Part shown: positions 13,230 to 27,317 of the stretch, piece by piece
How positions within the stretch are numbered: position 1 is the first letter of the stretch
Layout: every line of letters begins with the position of its first letter
Assembly (NCBI GenBank): GCA_951406725.2
Contig: OX597814.1
Coordinates: 215,326,001 to 215,390,000 of the forward strand
Length of the DNA: 64,000 nt
Direction: 5' to 3'
Source of the DNA: Octopus vulgaris
Taxonomy: Eukaryota
The notes under the pieces: generated by a model
Told to the model about the DNA's origin: nothing
Seen by the model: the letters and a program-made list of their open reading frames with translations, nothing else
Database searches by the model: none
Translations under genes and position numbers: made by a program

Positions 13230-13660
13230 TGGTCATCTTTCTTTTCTTTCAGGACTGTCTTAAGGACAGCACGTATCCTACCCCTCCCTTCTATCTTTTC
13301 TCTTGTCAAAGAAATATTTCTCCAGTGTTCGCTATTTTACCCTCGTTCTGTTCTAACGACCCTCCATGTTTGTTTCCGTTCGGTTTCCTTCTATGTCTCC
13401 TCTGTCCTGTTTTTGTTCCCAACTTTGACCCTCCAAAAATCCCAAATTTTATTTTGGTACTTATGGGAGCAACTGTCTTCGAAGACTCATATTGTGGTTC
13501 AGTGCTCGAAATGAGGAGTAGATAGACAGCCAACAACTAATGAAGGGCTGTTCTTTATGTTACTTGTCCTATTTTCCATCTGTTTCTCTCGTTGTTTGCG
13601 TATTGAACTCATTTGCTTTCGTATTTCATGCTGTTTACTGTTGGTGACGTTCTGTACCCA
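13230..13660 (+). mobile_element. PLE-type non-coding terminal element ending in a (TA)n tract; carries a permuted HHR
   Basis: 3' end TTTCGTATTTCATGCTGTTTACTGTTGGTGACGTTCTGTACCCAT is related to ends at 44479-44621, 55601-55938 and 56071-56288. Confidence 0.75.
13473..13548 (+). ncRNA. Non-circularly permuted hammerhead ribozyme (Z-Y-X), G5A-mutated copy
   Basis: CTCAT-A-TTGT..GCTC-GAA-ATGAG..ACAA-CTAATGA-A-GGGC; stems III CTCAT/ATGAG, I TTGT/ACAA, II GCTC/GGGC; outer helix CTGTCT/AGACAG. Confidence 0.7.
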
Positions 13661-13670
13661 TATATACATG

Positions 13671-13746
<76 letters not shown>

Positions 13747-13842
13747 GTAATAAACATGTATATATATTATTTTATATTAATATTTGATGGAACGCCATGC
13801 ATCCATTTCCAAGTATATGTATATATACATGCATATACATAC

Positions 13843-13844
<2 letters not shown>

Positions 13845-13873
<29 letters not shown>

Positions 13874-13959
13874 CATACATACATACATACATACATACAT
13901 ACATACATACATACATACATACATACATACATACATACATACATACATACATACATACA

Positions 13960-13988
<29 letters not shown>
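13845..13988. repeat. (CATA)n microsatellite
   Basis: Directly visible. Confidence 0.97.
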
Positions 13989-13990
<2 letters not shown>

Positions 13991-15027
13991 GTGTGTGATG
14001 TGGTTTGTTAGTGTCGTATGATATAGATAATACTTCCTACTAATTTTGGAAAGCCTTTATCTATGTTAGTCGAAAGAATAAATAACCTTACCAGACATAA
14101 AAATAGACGGGTCAGTGAACGAAATGTTTATATTGAACAGAGTTACAAGAAGGATGCATAAAATGCAGTGAAGCTCATACACAGTTAATACTCCAGAAAT
14201 GGTTAGAATATATACAGTGATAGTATCATGTGGATAGCTTTATTTTGTCTTACGTATCAGAGTCCATTTGTTGTAAATAAATCAATGTTTTAACGAATAA
14301 TGTTTTAAAGGAAGATAACAATCTATGTTTTGAACATGTCGTGGAGCTTTGGCCAGGAAAAAAAGAACAAAAAAAAACTGAAGTTATTCGTTGTTAGAAC
14401 TTCTAAGTCACAGCTTGGTAAAGTGTAATGCACCTGGGCTTCAAGAAGGAAACTCAACAGGGTAACTCTTTTTGGGGTGATTCAACTTGCCAAAAGTGAT
14501 AGCCAAATCTCTTCAAATTACACCATATTCTTGAAAAAACAAAACGAAACAAAAAAACAAAACAAATAGAAATGCACAATAGATAAGGTAGCCTAAGATA
14601 AATAAAGGTGATGTTGCTATCGTTCTAACTTATTTTGCCTGGTGTTAAACAACAACAATAATGTCTGCGGATCGACTACAGCATCATTGGTTTTGGGTTG
14701 TAGCTGTCGTTCCTTTCTCTTTTGATTACTCGACTGGATCTGCTGCATCCGTTGGATCAGGAAGGAACTGTTAAAAGATATCTCATTGGAAACATTCCAC
14801 CATTGTCTTTTTATTTTAGCAAGTTTAGTTTCACTAATGTTAGTTATTATTGCAGTTTTAGTTACAGGGTCAATGGTTGGAACATATCGATAAGAAACAA
14901 TGTGGTCTTTGATGTAACGTGTTATTTTAACTATAAAACAATATTAGAGATGAGGAAAATGACAGAGATAAAAAAAAGCTTAGAGGGAAAGAGAGAACCT
15001 AAAAATATAGGAGAGTAGAAAAATTAC

Positions 15028-15066
<39 letters not shown>

Positions 15067-18000
15067 GGTGGGGAGAAATGTAAGGGAGAAAGATGCTTAC
15101 AGAGAAATAGTCATTGGAGTGAATATCTCAACACACATTAGCAAAGAAGGATAGAGAGAAAGAAAGAAAGAGAATGAGGAAGAAAGAAAGAGAAAACGAA
15201 AGAGAGGGTGATTAACATGAAAACGGGTAGAAAAAAATCACTGAAGGAGACTCCATTTTAATGAAGAGGAAGAAAAACTTTCGAGTATTGATTTGGATAG
15301 AGATTTAATAGGATAGTTATTAAGTTAAAACTCTGCACACAAGATTAGCCTGAATGGATGGCGATATTTATTCCACAAGAAATAGCGATGGTATAATGAT
15401 GTGATGCAACTTGCCCAGTTAACAGCGACTTAGTCTTCTCCTAAAAGTCTTCGTCCTGACAAACCTAAATATTTTAGAATCAAACATAATCTAGAATATG
15501 ATATATAAGGTTTAGATTCTCCTTTGCATAAATATTTGTGCTTTAAATAATTACGTACTTTGTAGTTATTTGTGGACGATTAAATATGTAAAGGTATGTG
15601 ATAGTAATAACCCATTAAATTGTAATACACCACTAATGTCAGTCTTCCGGTAATGTATCTGATATAAGTCAACATAGTACATTACCATACGACAACGATG
15701 TGATTTGGCCGCAGCATTACGAATGAACGAAAGTATACAGTACACCTGCTTAAAGTGCTTCTCTTTCTCATTTATCATCTACCTATTTATCTTATAGCAT
15801 CCATTTGCTGTTTAGTAAGCTGAATCATTCGTGTTCATTCTTATGGAAATTGTTCAGGTTATAAATAAAAATATAAATTAGGTAAAATTTAGTCGGTAGT
15901 TGGATACTGTATTCATTTGGTTCTCATGAAATTTATTTAGATATGATTGTAATTATACATGTTTTCTTTTAGACTAATATTAAGCTCTGTTAAAGCTGTT
16001 GCAAGCGTCATAAAGAAGATCAACAGGTGAACTCCTCGTCGACTAATACAATATAGCTTTATTTTCAGCAGAAGATGGCCCATGTCATTTTACGTCGTCA
16101 CTAGCAGAAGTAGACCTTACAGTTTCCTAAGTTCCACCTCTCTAAAGTATAGAGACTAGTTCCTCCACTGAAAATGATACTAAAATTTCGAACTCAGCTC
16201 CATTACGCTAACTCGAGAAAGGTTTAAAGACAACATTGTGTATAATTAAAAGAAACCAATATTTCAATATTAATGTAATAAGAGTCGTATAGGAAGAGGT
16301 AAGTTTCCAACAAGCATATATTGAGGCAGCATTTAAAGCAACATGTCAACTCAATAATTCCCTTCTGCGAATATAATTGTAATTTCCCTTTAAAGACAAT
16401 TCATTTTACGGTAGCCACTTATACCACAAGAAAATTCTATAAACGTTTCAATATATTAAAATATGTAACATTTCTGACGAGTAAAGTAAACAAATATTTC
16501 AATAAAAGGGTTTAATAAGTTCAACTGCTGCTAGAAGTGAAGACTAACATTTTGGTCTCTGGGTAGTCATGGCAGATAGAGGAAGATAAAGACTGTAATA
16601 TTGTGGCTTAACTGCTGTCATTTGAATAGCTTAACTATTGTCATATGAATAGGTTATAGTTAAAGTTACAACGCTACTTTCTGTATCACAGACTCTCTGG
16701 CGAAAGCTATTAGTCTGAAATATTAAATTTTTCACACTCCACGGCGGCAACTGTATTTACTGAACACATCTGAGAATTTTTATATAGAATTTTTATATAG
16801 AATTTTTTTATAGGTGTTGATACAGTCCAACATGACTTTCGTCGTATCTCATATATTTTACCCAATATTTCAATCACACATACAGAATATTTTCATTTAT
16901 TTTACTTAAAATCACAATCGTCATCAGGGACATCAAAATCAAGTCGGTAGTGAAGCGCGTAGCTCGGACTATCATGATAGATTTTCTATAATGAAAAACT
17001 AAAATCTCGGAGGACGTCGCCACTCTCCCTCTTGAAAATTCTATCGTAGTCATTTTTTACTAGCTACTGTAGTAGTCATTTTCCTTCTAAGTGGACAGGA
17101 GCGATACGAAATGAATCGTTGTATTCTCTGACACAACACAGGCAGTCTGGGAATCGATCACGTGATCTTATCGATCATGAGCACGATACTTAAACCTGTA
17201 GAACATGCGCCTTCAATAATTAAAGTAAAAGTAAAATAATGATTCATGGAAGTTGACATTCAAAACGGATTTATTAGTAATATAGGAAGCATACATTAGA
17301 CATTTCTTAAACGATTTCTCGTAATAAAAATTCTCTTTACAATAATGAATAACAATTTTAGCTTCACTAATTACACTACTCATCAGTGTTTTTACTGACA
17401 TTTTGGTCTTTCAGCTTTTTGCTTTTTTTTTTACAGATAATTACGAAATGTATTGAATCGAATATGTAAGAACATATGAATATTAGGAAATTATCATATG
17501 GCTATATGCTTTATATTCGTCTTATACTGTTGAATATCTCTGTACTTCCTCTGTTCAAAAACTGGCATGATGAAATTTGATTTTGATTTATAGGGATAAA
17601 TTAAATAGATAGGAATATACGTACTGAATTGAATCAATCATTTATATCCTTCCAATATTTTTCAATTTTTAATTCAATTTCCCTGTCCCCAGCATTTTCA
17701 TAAGTTTCTTCAAAACGTTCATTAATGCTATTAGATTTTCAGTTAGGCCTTGTTTCATACGTTCTGGGTAATATAAAGATTTCCTTTCATAAGTTCTGAA
17801 TTTCTCTGGAGTTGTAAAAAAATGGGAAATGTGTATCTTATATGATACAAGAACGCCATGAAAATGTGCCTTAATGTTTCACATGTGATACGCAGGAATG
17901 CCAAAGGTTAAGAAGTTTTTTTTATGAAATTGAATATATTCCTACAAATCTTTATTTGGGTATTTATACACCATTGACATGTTAGCAAGTAGCATAGAGC

Positions 18001-19177
18001 AAGAAGTATAGGCAAATTAATTCTAGTTAAAACCTTTTCACTTTGTTTTCACTGCCACTATACTTGAAATAGACTCAAGCTTCACAATGTCCTACTAAAA
18101 CCCCTTACAAATATGCAGTCATTCAGCTTGTAAAAAAGTATTTCCATTAATGTTAGGGTTATTCTCAATATATCTCTATTAAGACACTCATTCAAAGATA
18201 CGCATATAATTTATATTAATTTGACTTCGTGTTTTTCTTCCTAAATTATATTCCTTTATTTAATATTAGGGAATTCTTATCCCCCTTCATTATTTGAATA
18301 AGAAATTGCAAGTAATTAAGATAAATTGCAAGCAATTACGATAAAAACAAAACCTGAAAAGTACGAAATACTTATTTCAGTTTTTCCTGCATTTTACAAA
18401 TTTTATAATAGCTATAAACATAACATTGAACAAGTTAGTTTCAAATGACTATAGTAGTTTTTTTTGCTATCGAAATATTTTTACTAGCTTGATAGCAACC
18501 TCTGCATGCAACGGCGCTACACTCTCATTGTGAAAGGTTTGTATTCATAGCTGTAAATTGATAAGATTCATTGACTCATTTGAGAACCAGATGAAGGCAA
18601 AATGGCTGACATTATGAATGCATTCTCTTCTGTTTTCATGATTAGAATCGTATAAACTTCTGTCTTTAACATAAAAAAATGTCACCCTGGTTCATGTGAT
18701 AAAGCAAAATTAATTGGATTTTACTATCCAGCTCTTGAGCGCAAACTGAAGAGTTAAGATGAAAACATTTTACAAAGAAACAAAGAAAAACAAATGTATT
18801 CAATAAATATTTTTCATCATTGCAACTATAGGGATCTTCGTGCAGATCAATGTATCCATGTTAATGGTTGTGTGCAAGAAGACATGCATTTCAATTAACG
18901 AGTGCATGTCCACATGTACACACTGCACTATAGACGCATCCTCACACACACGGTTGATTTACGACAGCATATTTCAATAAACTAATAAAATTGCTGAAGC
19001 GGTGTAGAATGCGATATCAATAGAATACTTTGCGGAATGTCAGCAGCTGGATCAGGGATTAATATCCGCTGGTAAAACATTTAATCCAAGTAGCGAATAG
19101 TAAACAGCAGCACTACTGTGAAACGGGTCATAATTTATCCTTTCAACACTTAGTAATGTGGGAATTAAAATTTTACA

Positions 19178-19267
<90 letters not shown>

Positions 19268-19278
19268 TATATAGAAGG

Positions 19279-19329
19279 AGCTTCTACAGGACTAGTACTG
19301 TTTCATTCAAGAGAAATCTTCAGGAAGCT
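19279..19329 (-). ncRNA. Type I hammerhead ribozyme
   Basis: Minus strand AGCTTC-CTGAAGA-T-TTC tctt GAA-T-GAAA-CAG tactagtc CTG-TA^GAAGCT; 6-bp stem I; next to (TA)n and an AATAAA. Confidence 0.82.
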
Positions 19330-19712
19330 ATTTAACAAGAATTGTATTAGCATTTATACATTTAGTGAGGTTTAAAGGAGTGGTGGTGGGGGACTTTTTT
19401 GGGGGTAGGCATAGCGCAAAATATCATACTTGGGGGAGTGGTCAAGAGTCAGTGGTAAGTTAGATGAAAGAATAGATAAATAAAAAAATAAAAAAATAAA
19501 AAATAAATAATAAAAAATAAAAAAATAAAAAAATAAAAAAATTAAAAAATAAAATAAAAAAATAAAAAAATAAAAAATATATATAAAAAATATATATATA
19601 TAAATAAAAATATATATATATATATAAAAAAAGGGGGGATAGAGTTATAGGTAAATAAGGAGATCTCCTTATACCTATACACATATGTATACGTATCTAC
19701 ACACATATACAT

Positions 19713-19755
<43 letters not shown>

Positions 19756-19979
19756 CATATATACACACATACATACATATCTACATACACACATACATAC
19801 ACCCGCCCACATATACAAATTTATACACATGCACATGCATATACCTGTCTACACATACACACACGTATATATGCATACACTCACTCCCATGCATGCACGC
19901 ATATATAATAAATTAATTTTACTCTGCTATGTATTGAGTACCTTACTTACTGTGGTTAACCCCGAATCAACCCGGGACC

Positions 19980-20013
<34 letters not shown>

Positions 20014-20109
20014 GGAGTAAACACATAAATGTGAAACAAGGTGGGAAAAGAGTACTCAAATACCAGTGGTAGAATAATATGCTTTATTTAAAGCAGCAGA
20101 AAATTCAAC

Positions 20110-20157
20110 AAAACCTGTTACTCTGAGTTTCACGTTCCCGTTCGTCGGACAGTTTTT
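20110..20157 (-). ncRNA. Minimal type I hammerhead (CCGACGA core)
   Basis: Minus strand CTGT-CCGACGA-ACG ggaa CGT-GAAA-CTCAGAG-TA^ACAG. Confidence 0.85.
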
Positions 20158-20233
20158 GCTAGCAAGTAAAAAACAGGGCTAAGGGTAACAATACAGGAAA
20201 AAGGCATAAGGGAGTATACAAAGAGTAAACCGC

Positions 20234-20307
<74 letters not shown>

Positions 20308-20464
20308 TTTATTTAAAGCAGCAGAACAGGTTTTGTTGAATTTTCTGCGCTTTAAATAAAGTATGTTTATATATATATATATATATATATAGACTTTACT
20401 CTTTGTATACTCCCTTATGCATTTTTCCTGTATTGTTACCCTTAGCCCTGTTTTTCTTGCTAGC

Positions 20465-20512
20465 AAAAACTGTCCGACGAACGGCAACGTGAAACTCAGA
20501 GTAACAGGTTTT
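20465..20512 (+). ncRNA. Minimal type I hammerhead (CCGACGA core)
   Basis: CTGT-CCGACGA-ACG gcaa CGT-GAAA-CTCAGAG-TA^ACAG; GNRA loop kept (GCAA here, GGAA in the other copy). Confidence 0.85.
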
Positions 20513-20539
20513 GTTGAATTTTCTACTACTTTAAATAAA

Positions 20540-20585
<46 letters not shown>

Positions 20586-20992
20586 GCGGTTTACTCTTTG
20601 TATACTCCTTTATGCCTTTTTCCTGTATTGTTACCCTTAGCCCTGTTTTTTCTTGTGCTTGTGCGTATATAAACGTGTGTATGAACCTTTATGGTGCGCG
20701 TGTGTGTGTGTGTGGGGGGGTTGTATGTATATACATATATATTTGGCGAATGGTGAGAGTAGGGATGTGTACGTTTTCAAGTGAGGGTGGATGAATGTAT
20801 ACACTTAGGCGCACGCAAGTGGGTGTGCAGGCGCGCATGTGTAGGTATGAACATCCGCGCTTACGCGAATACTAATAAACATTTTTACCCCCTTACTTAG
20901 CGGTCATTCAAATAGCTCTTTTGTCTTAATAACGGTCAATCACACAGTAATTTCCCTTTGTATAACGGTCATTTTTCATAGCATTTTCCCGA

Positions 20993-21066
20993 TAGCCGGA
21001 TAACTGAAGAGATGGCGGCGTGGATTTCCACCTCGGCATACGAAACTCGGAGTTTAATCATGGCTA
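20993..21066 (+). ncRNA. Type I hammerhead with long stem II, partly decayed
   Basis: TAGCCGGATAA-CTGAAGA-GATG..GTGG attt CCAC..CATAC-GAAA-CTCGGAG-TT^TAATCATGGCTA. Confidence 0.72.
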
Positions 21067-21094
21067 CCGAATATTACACGTATTACATTTACAG

Positions 21095-21173
<79 letters not shown>

Positions 21174-21219
21174 CATGTATAGATGTATCTAGTGGAGTAG
21201 TGGAGTAGTGGAGTAGTGG

Positions 21220-21445
21220 AGGCACGTGGTATAGTGGTGTTGCACTCTTAATCATAAAATCATGGCTTCAGTTCCTGAACCGGCTGATGCGTTGTGTTCT
21301 TGCTCAAAACACTTCATTTCACTTTGCTCTCTGCTGGCGAAAATGAGCACCCCTGCGACGGGGTGTCGTCCCATCCAGGGTGGAGAATATATACACCTCT
21401 GAATCTGAGAATCAGGCCTTATGATCCCACAGTTAATCAAGGATC
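21220..21445 (+). mobile_element. Decayed SINE, family C-related
   Basis: GGAGGCACGTGGTATAGTGG head; GTTGTGTTCTTGCTCAAAACACTTCATTTCACTTTGCTC core. Confidence 0.65.
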
Positions 21446-23596
21446 TTTGATCCCTTTTTCTTTTGATATATGTTATATATGCTTGTGTGTTTAGGGATTT
21501 TCATCTATGTGTGTGTGTATAATTGCGCATGTTTGTATGCGTGTGTATGTATATATGTATGCATGCATATTTGTACGCATGCGTGCATTAAAGGGCAGTA
21601 AGCAATCTAAATAACAGAAGGCTATAATCATATAATCCGAGAATTGGATATTCTAAAATAATTGTAGACACCCTCCTAATTTTGAGTTACGAGTTGCGTC
21701 TTATGCCTAGAGACATTATATTTAATGTAACATAGAACGTCTCGCATATCGTTCAATTATTTTGGTACATCCATAGTGCTTTAATCAACTTATAAAATTG
21801 AAACTAGCTAACGGGGTAACCTCTGTGTAGTCTCTTGGATCACACTGTTATCTTAAAATAAATGTGGTGCACATTGGCTACTAATTAATTCTTAGTTGCA
21901 GGAGGCCTGACTAAAAAGAATATGGATCATTGGTTTGCTTAATACAAGGTGGCTTTTGGGCGAGGAGGAGAATAATTTGTAAAACTAAATAGTAATGATA
22001 ACCAAAAGAGATAAATAAATAAACGAATACAAAAATAAAATATATGTGTCTATAAAAATAAAATAAATCTCCGCTCGCTATAGTTAACTAGTAATTAGTC
22101 TCCTGTTTGAGAATACTTGCAAATAGGCTACATTTTTTCTTGTTCAGCTCTTGTGGCTATTTCCAGTAAAGTATGTATAATGTTTCTCAGAAACTATGCT
22201 GTATGTTTAAAAGTACACGATCTTTAAGAAAACCAAATAACATCGATTGCAAAAGTCTTAAAATTCTGTTGTGGTTTGTTTAACGTATGCAGATGAATGC
22301 CAATTCAAGGGATTGATTTTTCCTAAACCAGGGTTCTGAGAGAAAGTATACTTTACCATGCACAATTTGATTGACGCGAGATTAAGAACATAGTTATGAA
22401 ACGAATCGAAACCTCAGTGAGATCCGACTTACCGACAACGAAATTTTTTAGTGCTGGTCGTTTTAAATTTAATGTTTTCCCAACATTTTATGAGTATATT
22501 CTACAGTTGTTTTGCTATCTTTGATATAACCACGCCTTTGGCTAAGAAAATCTAGTCTATATGGATGGATCCTGTTCAAAGAAATTTGTTATCTTTGCTT
22601 GATGTATTGAGTAGTAAATAATTGTAAACAACCTGAGACAATACAAACAAATCGTACAAGAATTTCTGTCAGATAAATCGGTGTAAAAAATGCGATCATT
22701 TTATAAATTACTGTACAAAATAGTTGAATTTTTTTCTATACCTTACGAGTTAAAAAGAGATCCATGATAGTCGGGATAACAAAATTTCGCTAAAAATAGA
22801 GATTGTATTTGAATACAGTCTGAAATTTTAAGAAAAGTGAATATCTTTGATTTTTCTTTTCATATAACATTTCCTCTTTAGTTGACCATGTTTTTGTATC
22901 GACAAGACTTTAGTTTGTAAAATCGTCGATGGCGTCTGTAAAAGCACCTATGGAAACGTAATAGCAATGGAACATATTCTTACATAACGATACAAACTGT
23001 TCCTTTGAAACGTTGTTGACTATTCGACAGTGAAAAACATACACAACTTAAAACACTTGCAAAAAATTATTCGTTGATGTAATAATTCTTCCAAGAATTA
23101 CAAGGAAAATGTTTTCTCCAAATATTTAAAGGGAAGTCTACTGGTCATCCTTCGCTAAATTATACAGTGGTTAGTCTAACACTGGTATTTGTGGTGGATT
23201 CAGTAATTTTCTCTCAAACATTCACAGACATTTCGTGCTGAATCATCTCTAGTGAAGCTGCGATTACATGGAGTAGTGGTAAAAAGGCTTTAATACATTT
23301 CTCAGCTGTTACAACAGCAATGGATCTATAGCTGTGGTCCCATGTTTAAATAATTATTAGTCTCGACTTCTGGTTCTTCATAATGTGTAGAACAGAAAGA
23401 TACACTCATACATGTCTATTTATACATGCTAAAACATATACTCGTTCACGCACACGAATACATATATCTGAAGTAACTGACTGATCTGACATTTTGTAAA
23501 ATTTTAGAGAAAAGCGTTCTGTCACCCCGGAATTATATTATATACCTACTCTTACTTTTATTTCCTCAAACGCTCTACACGCAAACTATATGTATC

Positions 23597-23659
<63 letters not shown>

Positions 23660-23743
23660 TACACACACACACACACATATATATATATGTATGTATGTAT
23701 ATACGAGTATATGTTTATGTACATGTATGTATATATGCATGCA

Positions 23744-23784
<41 letters not shown>

Positions 23785-24429
23785 GAGCGTATAAAAAGAA
23801 TTGCAAGCTTCTAGGAAAGCCATTGAATTCAAAGAATGAAAAGTGATCCAAAAACCTGGTGGAATTGTTACTAGAGATCAATACTGTTATGGTATAACCC
23901 TGGGTAAGAGCTAATAGAGCTTATTCACAAAGGCATACCATCTATGACCATCATATCTAGTACGTATGAGTGTCGCTACATGGTTGGTCGACCAGATAGA
24001 AATCTCTCCGACACAACACACCATATTGTCTAATATAACTTATAAATTAAGGACATATTATGTAATACTGTCCTAACAACATTTTAAAATATCTGGATTT
24101 GCTTGACAGTGGTGGGCTTAAGTCTAAACAGAAATATTTTGTCCCTTTTGTTTATTAGGAGTACACTATCAACAACATTTAAAACCTTTTCGGAATCTTT
24201 AATTATACGACTACGCGACATTTTTTTTATAATGTAATATATAAATTTTATTTGATAATTTTTCTATGTTTTTAGAGGTTTTGGATGATCTCTAAAACAA
24301 CCTAGTATTGAATGATTTATTCAGATAATATTTTAATAGAATTACATCTTCAAACAATCAATTGAAACCGAATGGTACGAATTATGTTCAGATAGGACTA
24401 TCAACTCAAATGCCAAAGCAATTTGAATA

Positions 24430-24600
24430 TTGGTTTCAGATTTTGGCACAAGGCCAGAAAGTTCGGGGGAGGAGCTAAGTCGATTACACTGACCCAGTGT
24501 TCAACTGATACTTATTTTATCGACCCCGAAGGGATGAAACTCAAAGTCAACCTCGGGGGAGTTTGAACTCAGAACGTAAAAACAGTTTGAATATTGCCAT
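24430..24600 (-). mobile_element. SINE family A
   Basis: TTTTATCGACCCCGAAGGGATGAA...TTTGAACTCAGAACGTAAA. Confidence 0.8.
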
Positions 24601-24870
24601 CCTCCTCACTAACACGTTGCTATTCTCATCGTAAGAATATATTGCTCCACCCCAACCATTATTACACTAATCATTGTCTACTAAGGTTAAAGTTGTAACA
24701 GAAGTTCTTATATTCAGTGTCATACAAAATGCATCAATTTCAGAGAGAAAATGAAACTGCTGAATTCGACCTCCTGCTAACATTTAATAAGTGATCTAGA
24801 CTATAGCTTTCAGAAATAGGCAATAGATATCTATTTCAATTATCTTCACCCACGTTGAATTAAAGAAAGA

Positions 24871-24949
24871 AAAATTTTCTAATTTTTCTTCTCCAAAATT
24901 TTCTAATTTTTCTTCTCCAAAAATTTTCTAATTTTTCTTCTCCAAAATT
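24871..24949 (+). repeat. 24-bp tandem repeat x3.3 (AAAATTTTCTAATTTTTCTTCTCC)
   Basis: Exact copies at 24871, 24895 and 24919. Confidence 0.95.
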
Positions 24950-26254
24950 TGAAATCAATATAAAAATTATTCGTGTAAATTCGGTGGTAGAGAACAGAAT
25001 TATAATTTTGTTTTGTTTTTAATTTCGTTTCGTTTCTCGAATGTTCTAAAACGACACCGAGTTCAAATTGTATCGGAATTTACTTTACATTCTCTCGGCT
25101 TCGATAAATAAAATACCTGTAAATATACTGTACGTACTTGAAATCGATTATGCACTTTCTTCCACAAAAATTCGATCTGAAATCCAATTGAAAGATGACA
25201 ATGCAGATGAAGTTAAGCTCACAATGAACCACATCTAATTTGTCAGTGTGTCTGACATTTTATTATACTCCAAGATCCTTTTTTTTATACAAAATAAAAG
25301 CTCACAGAGTGAATCGGGGTTATTTAATCAATATTCTTCAGCTTGTACTAAGCTACCACTGACATTACCATAAAAAATATGTTCGCCGTTACGACGATAG
25401 TTCTTTTATATCGCCCATAAAACTCTGGTTTAATTGTTGAAAAATATCTTCGTTGTCATTGTCCTTTCCACCATCAATGCCAGTATTATCGTTGTCAACC
25501 TTCTGTTCCACCTCATTATCATCCTCGTTATTATTGTCGTTCCCCCCTCGACCATCAACAGCAATAACAACGTCCATGACGACTACGACTACGACTACGA
25601 CTACAAGAACGACAACATCGTGAGTGCTGCGGTTGTAGTTTTAATCATTGCGCTGTTGCTGTGGTTGCTGTTGTTGTTGTTGTTGTTGTTGTTTCTGCTG
25701 CTGTCATCGACAAATGACACCGTTCTATAAGTCTAGCTAATATCGGAATAAATACTGTCATGCAAAGCTGAGCACTCTTTGCACTTAAGTCCAATAAAGT
25801 ATTTCCCTTTTAAAATAGGCATTCTAGAGCGAAGAGAGTCAGATGTCAAACGTGTGTTAAGGTACCGTCTCAGTTTAATTTATTCTCAAAGTTTGAAATT
25901 GCACCTGATCTTTGAACATAAATTGATTAACAAAATTAATCCTAAATCTTCGCTGACATTAAATCTAGGTTTTATATTTGAATAAATTTCCATACGTACG
26001 TTTGCTTAACCCTTTACTATATTTTTACTCTTGTAATAACTAAAAATACTGGATTATTTTTTATTGCCCACGTTTGATTTTTATTACCACTCATCCAAAT
26101 TTTTATTCATGTACTCAAGGTTATTAGGCAATTTGTGAAAACGAATTTGCTGAAACATAAAATAAATTTATTCGAGGTTTCATGTTTGGAATAATGTTTT
26201 AACTTCACTGGTGAAGAAACAACGAAGCATAAAAGTTGGGCAAAATTATGTAAT

Positions 26255-26663
26255 ATTGGTTTCATATTTTGGAACTAGACAGAAATCCCAGACGCGGGAG
26301 TGAGTCATATACACTGGACCCAGTGCTCAACTGGTACTTATTTTATCAACCCTGATAAAGTCAACATCGGCAGAATTTGAACTCAGAACGCTAAGACAGA
26401 GGAGATCCTGCTAAGCAGTTTGCCCGGTGTACCTTATAGATATGTAATATCGGTTTCAAATTTTGGCACAAGACCAGCAATGTCGGGGGAGGAGCACATC
26501 GATTACATCGGCCTCATTGCTTGACTGATACTTATTTTATCGATTATAGGAGGATGAAAGGCAAAGTCAACCACAGCGGAGCTTGAACTCAGAACGTAAA
26601 GACGGACGTAATGCCGCTAAGCATTTTGCGCGGCGTGCTAACGATTCCGCCAGCTCACCGCGT
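26255..26663 (-). mobile_element. Two tandem SINE family A copies
   Basis: Copies at about 26255-26435 and 26447-26663, each with TTTTATC..AAAGTCAAC..TGAACTCAGAACG. Confidence 0.82.
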
Positions 26664-26886
26664 TATGAATATGTAATATTGATGCTTATCCTTAAAAGAT
26701 GATTTGGCGTTCACGTTTTTTTAAAGCATCCGTTACCTGGTTAAGTACCACTAACGTGAGTACCTTTTAGCAAAATTCACTGTTAAAATTATTCGAATCT
26801 GGTTTGAGTGAATAACTTCTTCCTTTCCTCTCACGATTACGGCGGTACTGATCACGAACGTTGTCCTTTTTTCTCAGAATAAACCT

Positions 26887-26944
<58 letters not shown>

Positions 26945-27317
26945 TAGGGAGAGGTGGAAGAACTAAGTTTTGAGATCGCTGGCAACTTATCTTTTGCTCT
27001 TTAACATTCACTCACAAGGTTGTATCATATTTGTTGTTTATGCCATGCAGTTACAATTGGTTGGAGTCATGTTAGAAAATTTGATTTTAAGTGGACGAAA
27101 GCATCTAGAATATATTCTTGGGTTTATCTTTTCTAAATCATGAATCTTCAGTTACTAAGAATTCAAGATGAACGAAAATACTTGAAAATAAAGTTACGTG
27201 TGGTTGCATTAGGAAGTGGAAAGAAAGAGTATAGTATAAGAAATGCATTAATATGTAGAGATATGGATCATGGAATTAGAAAAAAGGGAAGAGAAGAGTA
27301 ATATAACGATTAATATT

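Larger units (their letters stand above)
20012..21090. mobile_element. Cluster of inverted and duplicated PLE-type terminal segments interleaved with (TA)n/(CT)n
   Basis: 20012-20235 recurs in inverted pieces at 20307-20364, 20394-20541 and 20584-20655; three HHRs inside. Confidence 0.85.

Noticed and set aside
14620-14781. Minus-strand acceptor with open frame SFLIQRMQQIQSSNQKRKERQ
   Set aside because: No convincing donor and no recognisable homology
15684-15743. Possible 60-nt minus-strand exon
   Set aside because: The acceptor lacks a polypyrimidine tract; probably chance
24871-24949. Short direct repeats as a CRISPR array (also 60235-60900)
   Set aside because: No unique spacers and no cas genes; eukaryotic context
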